A stretch of 64,000 nt of DNA from Planctomycetaceae bacterium (GTDB taxonomy: Bacteria > Planctomycetota > Phycisphaerae > Phycisphaerales > SM1A02): positions 5,476-69,475 of the forward strand of contig JBIQHI010000004.1 of NCBI GenBank assembly GCA_044508635.1, read 5' to 3'. The notes beneath the pieces are model-generated. The model searched no databases. It saw only the letters and a list, made by a program, of their open reading frames with translations, and was not told where the DNA came from. Positions 8,330 through 19,558 of the stretch are shown here, piece by piece. Numbering within the stretch: the first letter of the stretch is position 1; each line of letters starts with the position of its first letter. Position numbers and translations under genes: made by a program.

Positions 8330-9760
8330 ATGAGCATCATGGCTGTGCTGGCGGGCGCGGCGGCGGCTGTGCTCGTGGCCCTGCTTATCGCACACACGGT
8401 CATGCATCCGCACGAGGAAGCGGCGCATCACGGGCCCCCGCCGATGTGGGGCGTCGGCGTGCTGCCGTTTGTCGCCATCCTGGGCTGCATCGCGGTGTTG
8501 CCGCTGCTTCGCGCGACGCATCACTGGTGGGAGAGCAATGAGCACCGGCTCGGCCTGTCGCTCGGGCTCGCGGCGGCGACGCTTGTGTATTACCTCGCCG
8601 CGGAAGGGTTGGGCGCGATTCCGGATGTGCTCGCCCACGCCATCGTCGTCGAGTATCTGCCGTTCATCACGCTGCTGTTCAGTTTGTACGTGATCTCGGG
8701 CGGCATCAACCTCACGGGCGACCTGCCCGCGCACCCGCTGACGAACACGATCATTCTGGCGATCGGGGCGGCGATAGCCAGCGTCGTCGGCACGACCGGC
8801 GCCAGCATGCTGCTCATTCGCCCGCTGCTCCAGACGAATCGTGAGCGGCAGAAAAAGGTGCACACGGTGGTGTTCTTCATCTTTCTGGTGAGCAACATCG
8901 GCGGGACGCTCCTGCCGATCGGCGATCCCCCGCTGTTTCTTGGCTATCTCTACGGCGTGCCGTTCCTGTGGACGCTCGGACTGTGGAAGGAATGGGCATT
9001 CTGCTGCGCCGTGCTGCTCGTCGTGTATTACATCTGGGACCACATTGAGTATCGGCACGAAAGCAAGGCGGCAATTCGCCGCGATGAGTCGGAGATCGAG
9101 CCGGTGCGGCTGCGCGGCTGGCTCAACTTCGTGTGGCTGGCGGGCGTGGTCTTCGCGGTGGCGCTGGTGGACCCGAAGAACCCGCTGCCGCTGACGGACT
9201 GGCATCCGTTCCTGTTTCTGCGCGAGAGCATCATGCTCACGTTCGTCGCGCTCTCGCTGCTGCTGACGCGGCGCGAGGTGCGGGCGGCGAACCAGTTCAA
9301 CTACGCGGCGATCATCGAGGTGGCGGCGCTGTTCATCGGCATCTTCATCACCATGCAGGTGCCGATCGCGGTGCTGAACGCGTATGGCGCGAATCTCGGG
9401 CTGGACGAGCCGTGGAAGTTCTTCTGGGCGACGGGGGGGCTTTCGAGCTTCCTCGACAACGCGCCGACGTACGTGGTGTTCTTCGAAACAGCGAACGCGC
9501 TGACGACGGAACCCGGCGAAGGCATTCTCGCGCTGGCCTCCGGCGCGCTCATTCGGGCGGATTTGCTCATCGGAATCAGCCTTGGCGCGGTGTTCATGGG
9601 CTCCATGACGTACATCGGCAACGGGCCGAATTTCATGGTGAAGGCGATCGCGGAGCAATCGGGCGTCAAGATGCCGAGCTTTTTCGGGTACATCTTCCGC
9701 TATAGCATTCCCGTCCTCATTCCGCTGTTCATCGTCATGACGTTGATGTTCCTTCTGTAG
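8330..9760 (+). CDS. ion-transporter superfamily permease (ArsB/NhaD/citrate-transporter-like; putative sodium:proton antiporter)
   Basis: ORF 8009..9760, but its first 225 nt overlap the NHL gene on the other strand. The ATG at 8330 gives MSIMAVLAGAAAAVLVALLIAH. An alternative ATG lies at 8279. The protein is polytopic and hydrophobic throughout (at least 10 predicted helices by eye). Family assignment is by recollection of HHWWESNEH-type N-termini. Confidence 0.7.
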   Translation: MSIMAVLAGAAAAVLVALLIAHTVMHPHEEAAHHGPPPMWGVGVLPFVAILGCIAVLPLLRATHHWWESNEHRLGLSLGLAAATLVYYLAAEGLGAIPDVLAHAIVVEYLPFITLLFSLYVISGGINLTGDLPAHPLTNTIILAIGAAIASVVGTTGASMLLIRPLLQTNRERQKKVHTVVFFIFLVSNIGGTLLPIGDPPLFLGYLYGVPFLWTLGLWKEWAFCCAVLLVVYYIWDHIEYRHESKAAIRRDESEIEPVRLRGWLNFVWLAGVVFAVALVDPKNPLPLTDWHPFLFLRESIMLTFVALSLLLTRREVRAANQFNYAAIIEVAALFIGIFITMQVPIAVLNAYGANLGLDEPWKFFWATGGLSSFLDNAPTYVVFFETANALTTEPGEGILALASGALIRADLLIGISLGAVFMGSMTYIGNGPNFMVKAIAEQSGVKMPSFFGYIFRYSIPVLIPLFIVMTLMFLL

Positions 9761-9770
9761 GATTGCAGCG

Positions 9771-10598
9771 ATGGTCAAGCGCGTGCTGATTGGGCTGGGC
9801 GGTTCGCCTGATGTCGATGCGAAGGTGCGCTACGCGCTCCACATGGTGCGGAAATTCGGCGCGGATCTGACCGGCGTGACGGTGGCCGATCTTGCGCGGC
9901 TGATTGACGTTGGCCCGATTCCGCTGGGCGCGGGGGCGGCGGCGACGGCGCTGCGGCAGCATCGCGTGGAACTGGCCGAGCAGTCGATCTCGAAAGCGAT
10001 TGAAGCGTTTCAGAAGAGTTGCAGTGAGTGCGGCGTGCGCTGGCGCGTTGTGCGCGAAGCCGGCGATCCGTTCGAGGAACTCGTGTCGCTGATGCGCTAT
10101 CACGATCTCGTGATCCTCGGCATGCACGGCTTGTTTGATTACGGCCTGCTGCCGGACCCGAACGCATTCATCAGCCGCCTTGTTGTTCGCAACGTGCGGC
10201 CGGTGCTTGCGGCGCCGAGCGAGTACCGTGAGGTTCGCCGCGTGATGGTGGCGTACAACGGCTCGATGGAGTCGGCGAAGGCGATGAAGTCGTTCGCGCA
10301 GATCGGGTTGTGGCCGGAGGCGGAGGTCAAGGTGGTGACCTACGACCGGCCGGAGCACGAAAGCGCGGCGCTGCTGCGCGATGCGGCGGAATATCTGCGG
10401 CTGTGGGGATTTGGCGTGGAAACTGCGTCATCAGAAGAAAAGCCGGCGAAGGCGCTGTTGCGTGACGCCGAGGCGTGGGGCGCGGATTTGATCGTGATGG
10501 GCGCCTCCGGCCGCAACAACATTCTGCGCATGATCGTCGGAGACACAGCGGAGGCCGTCATCGCGAAGTCGCCCGTGCCGCTGTTGATCTCGCATTAA
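9771..10598 (+). CDS. tandem universal stress protein (UspA) domain protein
   Basis: 275 aa with two Usp halves. The second ends with the typical ADLIVMGASGRNNILRMIVGDTAEAVIAKSPVPLLISH. Confidence 0.85.
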   Translation: MVKRVLIGLGGSPDVDAKVRYALHMVRKFGADLTGVTVADLARLIDVGPIPLGAGAAATALRQHRVELAEQSISKAIEAFQKSCSECGVRWRVVREAGDPFEELVSLMRYHDLVILGMHGLFDYGLLPDPNAFISRLVVRNVRPVLAAPSEYREVRRVMVAYNGSMESAKAMKSFAQIGLWPEAEVKVVTYDRPEHESAALLRDAAEYLRLWGFGVETASSEEKPAKALLRDAEAWGADLIVMGASGRNNILRMIVGDTAEAVIAKSPVPLLISH

Positions 10599-10605
10599 CA
10601 CGGCG

Positions 10606-11385
10606 TCAGTTCTCTTCGTTCGTTTTGCGTTTCATGGCGCGGTAGATGAGGCTCTGGACGAGCACGGATTCGCCGAGCATTCGTCCCGCGCGCTCGCCGG
10701 CCTGGGCGAGATCGCGGAACTTGCCGGCGTCGAGTTCCTCTTCGAAATCGCCAAGCGCGTTTTCGATCGCGAGCATCATCGAGGCGAGCACGGCCCACTC
10801 GTGGCGCGTGTTGGGCCTGTAATCCTGCAGAAGGTCGATGGGCAGTTCGATGCGCCACTCGCCATCGACCTCGACGAGCTGCAGTGGGATGCCCGACATC
10901 GGTTCGCCGTCGACGAGGATGGCCGCGGTGCCGTCGCCGAGGTCTTCAGCGGTGAGGCGGCGCTTCTGTTCATCGATGAGGCCGAAGGGGTTGGTGAGGA
11001 ATCGCGCGACCCACGGGCCGGCGCCGAACGCTTCGCGCTTTTCGATGAGCGCGGCGATTTCCTGATCGACCTGGCCGGGATATCGCTCGCGCAGCTTGCG
11101 GGCGACGCGGAAGAGCTGGCCGAGCATCGCGCCCGTCTTGGCGCGAACGTCCTCGATGGCGCTCGCTTCCGTGACGCCGTCGTCAAAGATTTTGTCCTCG
11201 CGCGGCTGGATATGCACGAGCGACGCGATCTGCTCGGCATGGTCGTCTTGAATCATCTGGTAGACCGAATCGAGCACGGCCTGCGGCGTGGAGGTGTCGT
11301 ACGTCGGCTCGCTGCAGCTTGCGAGCATGGCCGTCGCGGCAAGCGCGATGGCGGCGAACACGTGCTGGAGATGGCGGCTCCGCAT
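10606..11385 (-). CDS. hypothetical lipoprotein
   Basis: The ATG at 11385 gives MRSRHLQHVFAAIALAATAMLASC with lipobox LASC. The longer ORF up to 11550 would overlap thiS. Confidence 0.65.
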   Translation of the reverse strand: MRSRHLQHVFAAIALAATAMLASCSEPTYDTSTPQAVLDSVYQMIQDDHAEQIASLVHIQPREDKIFDDGVTEASAIEDVRAKTGAMLGQLFRVARKLRERYPGQVDQEIAALIEKREAFGAGPWVARFLTNPFGLIDEQKRRLTAEDLGDGTAAILVDGEPMSGIPLQLVEVDGEWRIELPIDLLQDYRPNTRHEWAVLASMMLAIENALGDFEEELDAGKFRDLAQAGERAGRMLGESVLVQSLIYRAMKRKTNEEN

Positions 11386-11415
11386 CGGTGCTGTCAATCC
11401 TATGATGGCGGCGTC

Positions 11416-11613
11416 ATGCGTGTGCAAGTGAACGGCGAAGCGGTGGAGATTGCCGACGGCGCGACGGTGCGCGAGCTTGTCGAAACGCTCAAGCTGCGCG
11501 GGCCGGTGGCTGTGGAAGTGAACAAGAGCATCGTTCGCCGGGCCGACCACGAGACGACGACGCTGCGCGAGGGCGATCGGCTGGAAATCGTCACGCTCGT
11601 CGGCGGCGGCTAG
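11416..11613 (+). CDS. thiS: sulfur carrier protein ThiS
   Basis: 65 aa: MRVQVNGEAVEIADGATVRELVETLKL...REGDRLEIVTLVGGG. It has the terminal Gly-Gly and lies immediately upstream of thiG. Confidence 0.85.
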   Translation: MRVQVNGEAVEIADGATVRELVETLKLRGPVAVEVNKSIVRRADHETTTLREGDRLEIVTLVGGG

Positions 11614-11622
11614 GATTCGGCC

Positions 11623-12501
11623 ATGTCAACCATTCATGAGCCGAAGATGACGGCAGCGGCGAATGCGCCCGCAATCGCGATCGAACCACTCACGCTCGGG
11701 CCGGTGACGATTCACAACCGGCTGATCGTCGGGACGGGGAAATACAAGACGTATGAACTGATGCAGCAGGCGCTGGAGGCGTGCGGCGCCGAGGTGGTGA
11801 CTGTGGCGGTGCGGCGCGAGCGGTTGTTCGACGAGAAAGGCCGATCGCTGCTCGAGTTTCTGGATACGGACAAGTACACCGTGCTGCCCAACACCGCGGG
11901 GTGTTTCAACGCGGAGGATGCGGTGCGCGTGGCGCGGCTGGGGCGCGAGATTCTCGATCAGCTCGGCAACGCGGGCCGCGACTGGGTGAAGCTCGAAGTG
12001 CTCGGCGACAAGAAGACGCTGCTGCCTGATCCGGTGGGAACGCTGGAGGCGTGCCGCGAACTGGTGAAGGACGGTTTCGCGGTGCTGTGTTACACGAGCG
12101 ATGATCCGATCATGGCGATGCGCATTCGCGATGCCGGCGCGACGAGCGTGATGCCGGCCGGTTCGCCGATCGGCAGCGGCCGCGGCGTCGCCAATCCCGC
12201 GGCGATTCGCATGATCCTGGAATTGCTCAAGGGCGATGGGAACGAGACGTATCCGGTGATCGTGGATGCGGGCGTCGGCACGCCGAGCGACGTGACGATC
12301 GCGATGGAATTGGGCGCGGATGGCGTACTGCTCAACACCGGCATCGCGCACGCGCAGGATCCGGTTCGCATGGCGCACGCCATGAAGGCGGCATGCGAAG
12401 CGGGCTACCACGGCGCCCGCGCCGGCCGCATCACCAAGAAGATGTACGCCACCGCGTCCAGCCCCTGGGAAGGCGTAGTGACTTACATCCCGGGCGAATG
12501 A
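11623..12501 (+). CDS. thiG: thiazole synthase ThiG
   Basis: 292 aa with ThiG hallmarks [39 protein letters not shown] and [12 protein letters not shown]. Confidence 0.95.
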   Translation: MSTIHEPKMTAAANAPAIAIEPLTLGPVTIHNRLIVGTGKYKTYELMQQALEACGAEVVTVAVRRERLFDEKGRSLLEFLDTDKYTVLPNTAGCFNAEDAVRVARLGREILDQLGNAGRDWVKLEVLGDKKTLLPDPVGTLEACRELVKDGFAVLCYTSDDPIMAMRIRDAGATSVMPAGSPIGSGRGVANPAAIRMILELLKGDGNETYPVIVDAGVGTPSDVTIAMELGADGVLLNTGIAHAQDPVRMAHAMKAACEAGYHGARAGRITKKMYATASSPWEGVVTYIPGE

Positions 12502-12511
12502 GCCAATCTAT

Positions 12512-12542
12512 CGTTTAGCGGGCGGCGCCCCGCCGCCGAGGA
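12512..12542. repeat. left inverted repeat / REP-like hairpin of the RAYT unit
   Basis: Exact 31/31 reverse-complement match to 13139..13169. Confidence 0.9.
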
Positions 12543-12547
12543 CGCCA

Positions 12548-13138
12548 ATGGTCATCGCCTATCACGCGATTATCACCGTCTACGGCTTCTGGTTGCCGAA
12601 TGATCCGCGAGGCTCGTGGTCCGACGTCGTTCGCAAATGGGAACTGTTGAGCTGTGGCGGGCCGGCAACAAAGGTGACGACCCGACGATCGCTGGCGCGT
12701 GTTCGATATGACGCGGCAGAACACAATCTCCTGAAATACCGACTGAAGCATCCTACGTTCGAATTCAGCGGCGTGCAGGCGCGGGCTGTCGCGCGCGGCT
12801 TTGCTCGCGCTTGCGCGGATGCCCAGTATTGCGTGCTGGCGTGTGCGATCATGCCGGACCACGCGCACATCGTGTTTGCGCGCCACAAACACAGGGCGGA
12901 ATCAATTGTGGCGCATTTCAAGCGTGCCGCCTCGCAATCACTTCGCGAGGAGGGTGTGCACCCGTTTCAGTCGTTCGTGTCGGACGGCGTTTCTCCGCCT
13001 TCGCCGTGGGCGCGCGGGCGGTGGATCGTGTACATCAATTCGGATCGCAACCTGGAGCGCGCGATCGAATACGTCAATGACAATCCGGTGCGGGCTGGCC
13101 TGCGACGCCAGAACTGGAAGTTTGTGCGTGGCGTGTGA
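12548..13138 (+). CDS. REP-associated tyrosine transposase (IS200/IS605 TnpA-like, HUH/Y1)
   Basis: 196 aa. The HUH motif is in MPDHAHIVF and the C-terminal catalytic Tyr context is RAIEYVNDNPVRAGL. Length is typical of this family. Confidence 0.8.
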   Translation: MVIAYHAIITVYGFWLPNDPRGSWSDVVRKWELLSCGGPATKVTTRRSLARVRYDAAEHNLLKYRLKHPTFEFSGVQARAVARGFARACADAQYCVLACAIMPDHAHIVFARHKHRAESIVAHFKRAASQSLREEGVHPFQSFVSDGVSPPSPWARGRWIVYINSDRNLERAIEYVNDNPVRAGLRRQNWKFVRGV

Positions 13139-13169
13139 TCCTCGGCGGCGGGGCGCCGCCCGCTAAACG
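13139..13169. repeat. right inverted repeat / REP-like hairpin of the RAYT unit
   Basis: Exact reverse complement of 12512..12542. Confidence 0.9.
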
Positions 13170-13171
13170 GG

Positions 13172-14572
13172 TTAGTGCGCGACGCGTTTGCCGAGGTGTT
13201 TGGACACTTCTGCGACGCGATCGGCGACTTGCTTTTCGTTCCTGCCTTCGAGATTGAGGCGAAGCAGCGGCTCCGTGTTGCTTGGGCGCACGTTGAACCA
13301 CCAGTCGCCGAGGTCGATGGTGAGGCCGTCGAGTTCGTCCATCTCGGCGTCCTCGTACGTTTCGCGCAGCGATTCAAGCGCGGCTTCCTTGTCTTCCACC
13401 TCGAAGTTGATCTCGCCGGATTGCACGTAACGCTTGATCGGCTTGAGCAGTTCGCTCAAGGGCTTGCCCGATTCCGCGAGCGCGCTCATCGCCACCGCGA
13501 ACGCCATCGCGCCGGAATCCGCGTAGAAGTTGTCGCGGAAATAGAAGTGACCCGACAGCTCGCCGCCGAAGACGGCATTGTGCTCGGCCATCTTCTCCTT
13601 CATGAACACGTGGCCGACGCGCGAGCGCACGGGCTGGCCCCCCGCTTCCTTGATGATCTCCGGCAGCGCCTTCGTGGAACGCAGGTCGTAGACGATCGAC
13701 GCGCCCTTTTCCTGTTTGAGGAACCGCTGCGCAAGCCACGCGGTGAGGATGTCGCACCCCACGGTCGCGCCCGTTTCGTCAACGAGCACGCAGCGGTCCG
13801 CATCGCCATCGAAGCAGATGCCCGCCTGCGCCTTCTGCTCGACCACCTGATCGCGCAGATCATCGAGATTCGATTCCACCAGCGGGTTGGGTTCGTGCGC
13901 GAAGATGCCCTTGCTGTTGTCGAAGTTGAGCTTGCGAATCTTGATGCCGGGGACGTGCGACGCGAAGACTTTGGGAATCATCGTGCCCGCCATGCCGTTG
14001 GAAGCGTCGATCACAACATTCACTTCGCGCTCGCCGTTCAGAAGCGTGGGCGAGACGAAGCGAAGCACGTGCTCGCGGTAGGCGTTCCAGAGATCGCGCT
14101 GCTCGTAGCGGCCGTTGCGCGGCTGGTGTTTGTCGCGATCGATCATGGCGGCGTAGCGGCGGACATCATCGAGGCCGGTCGTCATGCCGACGGGCTTGGC
14201 GTGCGCCTTGGCGATCTTGAAGCCGTTGTAGTTGGCGGGATTGTGCGACGCGGTCGTCTGCACGCCGCCCGCGCAGCCGAGGTAGTTGATGGCGAACGAG
14301 ATGAACGGCGTGTCCACCATGCCGACGTCGATGACGTGGGCGCCGAAGTCGCGCATGCCCTTCACCAATGATTCGCACAGGCTTGGCGAGCTCTGGCGCA
14401 TGTCGCGGCCGACGACGATGTGCCGCATCATCGGGTCGTCGTAGCCGGCTTCTTCCGCCTGCTCGATGAGATACTGGGCGATGGCGAAGCCGATCTGCCA
14501 CGCCATCTTTTCGTTGAGGGGCTTGGGGTAGGTCGCACGGATGTCGTAGGCTTTGAAGACTTTGCCGAGCAT
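13172..14572 (-). CDS. phosphomannomutase/phosphoglucomutase (alpha-D-phosphohexomutase)
   Basis: The ATG at 14572 gives MLGKVFKAYDIRATYPKPLNE. The active-site loop TASHNPANYNGFK and metal loop FDGDADRCVLVDE are present. The ORF's upstream extension to 14773 has no family-like sequence. Confidence 0.9.
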   Translation of the reverse strand: MLGKVFKAYDIRATYPKPLNEKMAWQIGFAIAQYLIEQAEEAGYDDPMMRHIVVGRDMRQSSPSLCESLVKGMRDFGAHVIDVGMVDTPFISFAINYLGCAGGVQTTASHNPANYNGFKIAKAHAKPVGMTTGLDDVRRYAAMIDRDKHQPRNGRYEQRDLWNAYREHVLRFVSPTLLNGEREVNVVIDASNGMAGTMIPKVFASHVPGIKIRKLNFDNSKGIFAHEPNPLVESNLDDLRDQVVEQKAQAGICFDGDADRCVLVDETGATVGCDILTAWLAQRFLKQEKGASIVYDLRSTKALPEIIKEAGGQPVRSRVGHVFMKEKMAEHNAVFGGELSGHFYFRDNFYADSGAMAFAVAMSALAESGKPLSELLKPIKRYVQSGEINFEVEDKEAALESLRETYEDAEMDELDGLTIDLGDWWFNVRPSNTEPLLRLNLEGRNEKQVADRVAEVSKHLGKRVAH

Positions 14573-14806
14573 GGGATTGCCTCGTTTGGCCTTGAATCGG
14601 GGCGGCCATGATACCGATGCGCCGGCGGAGCGAGCACGACACCATTTCCTCCTCCCTCGATGGAGGGGTCGGGGGGTGGGTGAGAGCCAAAGAGTGTCTT
14701 GGCCCTCGATTGTTGATTGCGCCCCACCCTCCCCTTGCTCCTCTTTCGTAGGGAGGTGGATTGGGTGCGTCACGCCAACTCGCGCTCATTCTGTTGCGGC
14801 GCAGCC

Positions 14807-15463
14807 CTACTCGCGCTCGTGGCGGACGACGGCGCCTTCCGTGAGGAAGATCACATCCTCCGCGATGTTCGTGCTCACATCCGCGATGCGCTCGATCTTG
14901 CGCGACACGCTCAAGAGGTCAATCACCGCTTCGCTCGACTCCGATTGATTCGTGAGCACCGTGCGCACCCACTCAAAGATTTCCTTGAGCAGGTCATCCA
15001 CGCGCTGATCGGAGCGGCGAACCTTGCGGGCAAGGGCCGCGTCCCCATCCGCCAGCGCCTTGAGCGCGCTGGTGAACATCTCGCGCGTCTCCGAAATCAT
15101 CTTGAGCAGCGCATCGGGCACCTTGATGGCGGGCAGATGCTCCAGATCAAGCACGCGCTTGGCGATGGAATTGGCGTGATCCGCGATGCGCTCGAGGTTG
15201 CTGTTGATGCGCATCACGGCGAGGACGAAGCGAAGATCGCCGGCCACGGGATGGGACAGCGCAAGCACGCGCAGGCACTCCTGCTCGATGCGGATTTCCA
15301 TTTCGTCGATTTCGTCGTCGCCGGCCCGCACGGATTCCGCGGCCGCCTGATCGTGCTGCAGCATGGCGTTGATGGCCTGGTTGAGGCGTTGCTCGACCGC
15401 GGCCCCCATGGTGAGGATTGCCTTGCGAAGCTCAACGAGTTCCGTCGTCAGCACGATCGCCAT
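14807..15463 (-). CDS. phoU: phosphate signalling complex protein PhoU
   Basis: 218 aa with the duplicated PhoU motif (LERIADHANSIAKR and IERIADVSTNIAEDVIF), directly downstream of pstB. Confidence 0.95.
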   Translation of the reverse strand: MAIVLTTELVELRKAILTMGAAVEQRLNQAINAMLQHDQAAAESVRAGDDEIDEMEIRIEQECLRVLALSHPVAGDLRFVLAVMRINSNLERIADHANSIAKRVLDLEHLPAIKVPDALLKMISETREMFTSALKALADGDAALARKVRRSDQRVDDLLKEIFEWVRTVLTNQSESSEAVIDLLSVSRKIERIADVSTNIAEDVIFLTEGAVVRHERE

Positions 15464-15619
15464 CGTTCACTCCGTATGCGTTCAAGCGTTGCGTGCAGCC
15501 ACGGGCGCGTTTGCACGTTTCAGGTCCAGCCATGGTATGCCGCGATTTTGGAGCGATTCCATCGAACGAACGTTGCCGGCCAAAGCGCGCTCCCACATTG
15601 ACGCGCCGCAACCTTTGGC

Positions 15620-16504
15620 TTATCCGAACCGGCCGGTGACATAATCTTCGGTGTGCTGATTGCGGGGGTTGGTGAAAATCTGCGCCGTGTCGCCGTTCTC
15701 AATGAGTTTGCCTTCGTAGAAGAAGGCGGTGTAATCCGAGACGCGGGCGGCCTGCTGCATGTTGTGGGTGACGATCACGATGCAGTAATTCGCGCGAAGC
15801 TCCATGATGAGTTCCTCGACACGGGCCGTGGAGCGCGGGTCGAGCGCGGAGCATGGTTCATCCATCAGCAGCACTTCGGGGCCCACCGCGATGGCGCGGG
15901 CGATGCACAGGCGCTGCTGTTGACCGCCGGAAAGGCCCAGCGCGGAGGAGCGCAGGCGGTCTTTCACTTCATCCCACAACCCCGCCAGCCGCAGACTTTG
16001 TTCGACAAGCGCTTCGAGGTCGCCGCGCGACATCTTCATGTGCAGGCGCGGGCCGAAGGCGATGTTGTCGAAGATGGATTTGGGGAACGGGTTGGGCTTC
16101 TGGAACACCATGCCGACGCGGCGGCGGAGATCGACGACGTCCATGGTGCGCGACAGGATGTTGAGGCCGTTGAGATCGAGCGTGCCCTCGGCGCGAGCGC
16201 CGTGGACGAGATCGTTCATGCGGTTGATCCAGCGGAGGAAGGTGCTCTTGCCGCACCCGCTGGGGCCGATGAACGCGGTGACGCGCTGATGCGGGATGTC
16301 GATGTTCAGGTTGTGGAGCGCCTGGAAGCTGCCGTACCACGCGGAAAAGTCGCGGACGGTGATGGCCGTCTTCGCCGGGGCCTGCCTTTCAATTTGAGCG
16401 GTGCGCACGGGCATTTGCGGACGCCTCCCCACCAACACTTCCACGGGTCGAGTGACAGCGTAGCGCGGAACCAATCGTTCGTCGTCTTTGTGCCGCGTCG
16501 TCAT
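15620..16504 (-). CDS. pstB: phosphate ABC transporter ATP-binding protein PstB
   Basis: Walker [10 protein letters not shown], signature LSGGQQQRL and Walker B LLMDEP are present. The ATG at 16504 overlaps the pstA stop (ATGA). Confidence 0.95.
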   Translation of the reverse strand: MTTRHKDDERLVPRYAVTRPVEVLVGRRPQMPVRTAQIERQAPAKTAITVRDFSAWYGSFQALHNLNIDIPHQRVTAFIGPSGCGKSTFLRWINRMNDLVHGARAEGTLDLNGLNILSRTMDVVDLRRRVGMVFQKPNPFPKSIFDNIAFGPRLHMKMSRGDLEALVEQSLRLAGLWDEVKDRLRSSALGLSGGQQQRLCIARAIAVGPEVLLMDEPCSALDPRSTARVEELIMELRANYCIVIVTHNMQQAARVSDYTAFFYEGKLIENGDTAQIFTNPRNQHTEDYVTGRFG

Positions 16505-17447
16505 TGGAGTGGCTTCTGAAATTTGTAGCGGAGGAAGACGGCCGTGGCGTTGAACACGAGCAGGATACCGAGAAGCACGACGATGCCGGTGGCGGCGACC
16601 TTGGCGAAATCGGCTTGCGGCTTCTTCGCCCACTCGAAAATCTGCAGCGGCATGGCGGAGAAGTTGTCCATCAGGTTCGCGGGCGTGAAGGTGACGAACA
16701 CGACGCCGCCCACGACGATGAGCGGCGCGGCTTCACCGATTGCGCGGCTGATGGCGAGAATGACGCCGGTCATAATGCCGGGCATCGCGGCCGGGAGCGT
16801 CATGCGCGAAACCATCTGCCATCGCGTGGCGCCGGCGGCCAGCGCGCCTTCACGCAATGAATCCGGCACGGCACGCAGCGCTTCGCGCGAGGCGATCACC
16901 ACCATCGGCAGAATCACCAGCATCAGCGCCAGCCCGCCGGTGAGCACGCCGCTCCCAAACGGAAGGCGGAAGTAATACCAGCTCTCGGGATTGCCAATTT
17001 CAAATGCAGGGTCGGACGGCGAGCCGAAGAGACCGAACATGTACGAGAACGCCGTGAGCGCGATGATGCCGTAGACGATCGAAGGCACGCCGGCGAGGTT
17101 GGAGATGTTGAGCTGGATGAATCGCGTCAGGCGATTGCGCGGCGCGAATTCTTCGAGATAGATGGCGGCGCCGATGCCAAGCGGCAACGCGGTGAGACCG
17201 CAGATGGCGACGATGCCGACCGAGCCCCACAGCGCGCCCTTGAAGCCCGCCTTCTCCGGGAAACGCGATGGATAGGTGGTGAGGAAATCGAAACCGAGAA
17301 ACTCGATTCCCTGCGCAACGATCGACCACAGCAGCGTGCCGAGCACGGCGATCGACACGAGCGTCACCATGATGCAGATGACGACGAACAGGCGAGCCTT
17401 GAGCATCCGCCCGCGGCGAGGCACAGCGCTGGGGTAGGTGTACATCA

Positions 17448-17448
<1 letters not shown>
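16501..17448 (-). CDS. pstA: phosphate ABC transporter permease PstA
   Basis: 315 aa polytopic protein with the EAA-type loop [24 protein letters not shown], positioned between pstC and pstB. Confidence 0.9.
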
Positions 17449-18398
<950 letters not shown>

Positions 18399-18416
18399 CG
18401 TGCGGGTTCAAGCGAG

Positions 18417-19439
18417 CTATTTGTAGATTTCCGCCAGCGGGCCGTGCACGGGCTTGCCTTCGGCGTCATGGAATTGCGAGCCGGTCTTCATTGCTTGAAA
18501 GTTGGCGGCGACGCGGCGGTAGAGTTCATCGGGCAATTTGACGTAGCCGACGTCGGGCACGAGTTCGCCGGCGTGTTCGAGATAGAAGGTGACGAACGCC
18601 TTCACTTCCGGACGCACGGCTGCCTTGGTGTTCACATAGATGAACAGCGGCCGCGAGAACGGAGCGTACTCACCGCTTTCGATGGTGGCCGGCGTCGGCT
18701 CCACAGCGTTGCCGGTCGTCGGATTGACGACGGGCACGACGCGCAGTTTCGCCTTGTTCTCGAAGTAGTACGCGCAGCCGAAGAACCCGATGGCGTGCGC
18801 ATCGCCGATGATGCCCTTCACGAGCACGTTGTCATCTTCGGACGCGGTGACGTCGGGACGAATGGAACCTTCGGAGCCGGCGACAACCTCGCGGAAGTAA
18901 TCGAACGTGCCGGAGTCCGTGCCGGGAATGTAAATCTTGATCGCATGATCCGGCCAGTTCGGGCGCACGTCCTTCCACGTTTTGGCGGGCGAATCGGCGA
19001 GGAAGATTTTCTTCAGCTCGCCAAGCGTGAGCTGGTCCGCCCAGGTGTTCGCTTTGTTCACCACGATGGACAAACCGTCGTACGCGATCGGCAGTTCGAT
19101 GAACTCGATCGACGCCTCGGACATGAGCTGAATTTCGCTGGGCTTGACCGGTCGCGACGCGTTGGAGATGTCCGTCTCGCCGGTGGCGAACTTCTTGAAC
19201 CCGCCGCCGGTGCCGGAACTGCCAACGGTGAGCCGCACGCGCGGCGCCGTGCTGGCGAACTCTTCGGCGACGGCTTCGGTGATCGGGTACACGGTGGACG
19301 AGCCGTCGACTTTGATCGAGCCCTTGAGCGCGCTCGCGTCGTGGTCGTTCGATGACGGCGAACACCCCGCGGCGATCAGCACAGCAAAGCCAAGCGTCAC
19401 AATCATCGACGGCCGGTGGGTTGGATGTGCTCGCGTCAC
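18417..19439 (-). CDS. pstS: phosphate ABC transporter substrate-binding lipoprotein PstS
   Basis: Has the PstS-like [22 protein letters not shown]...[10 protein letters not shown] and lipobox IAAGC. The start is either GTG 19439 ([26 protein letters not shown], charged n-region) or ATG 19406. The ORF extension to 19649 would run into the porin gene. Confidence 0.88.
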   Translation of the reverse strand: MTRAHPTHRPSMIVTLGFAVLIAAGCSPSSNDHDASALKGSIKVDGSSTVYPITEAVAEEFASTAPRVRLTVGSSGTGGGFKKFATGETDISNASRPVKPSEIQLMSEASIEFIELPIAYDGLSIVVNKANTWADQLTLGELKKIFLADSPAKTWKDVRPNWPDHAIKIYIPGTDSGTFDYFREVVAGSEGSIRPDVTASEDDNVLVKGIIGDAHAIGFFGCAYYFENKAKLRVVPVVNPTTGNAVEPTPATIESGEYAPFSRPLFIYVNTKAAVRPEVKAFVTFYLEHAGELVPDVGYVKLPDELYRRVAANFQAMKTGSQFHDAEGKPVHGPLAEIYK

Positions 19440-19558
19440 TTGGGTGATTGTTCGCGAGCGCGCCACGCCGGAACGGGCCGCCCGTGTCAAGATTGCGCTC
19501 AAACCGCGCTGACAGGTTGAACCGAGACCGGGCATGGCGCGCTCGCTTGCAAATGCGC

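Larger units (their letters stand above)
12512..13169 (+). mobile_element. RAYT-like unit: IS200-type HUH/Y1 transposase gene flanked by 31-bp perfect inverted repeats
   Basis: Left arm 12512..12542 is CGTTTAGCGGGCGGCGCCCCGCCGCCGAGGA. It is the exact reverse complement of right arm 13139..13169. Each arm contains its own GGCGGCG-CCC-CGCCGCC hairpin. The unit sits between the convergent genes thiG and the phosphohexomutase. Confidence 0.8.

Noticed and set aside
11250-11415. A TPP (THI-box) riboswitch upstream of thiS-thiG
   Set aside because: Only 30 nt separate thiS from the divergent lipoprotein gene. I found no CTGAGA...ACCTGATCTGGATAATGCCAGCG-like core in the 170 nt upstream. A covariance-model scan would be needed to exclude it formally.
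14650-14760. G-rich/C-rich complementary tracts (CCTCCCTCGATGGAGGGG; CCACCCTCCCC...GGGAGGTGG) as the phoU terminator or a leader structure of the phosphohexomutase gene
   Set aside because: Hairpins can be drawn, but there is no U-tract on the minus strand and the stems are imperfect. Direct sequence support is insufficient.
19470-19530. A Pho box upstream of pstS (minus strand CTGTCAG-N17-CTTGACA)
   Set aside because: There is one exact half-site only, and the spacing does not fit the 11-bp rule. CTTGACA may simply be a -35-like hexamer. It is mentioned under the phoB repeat finding but not called as a feature.
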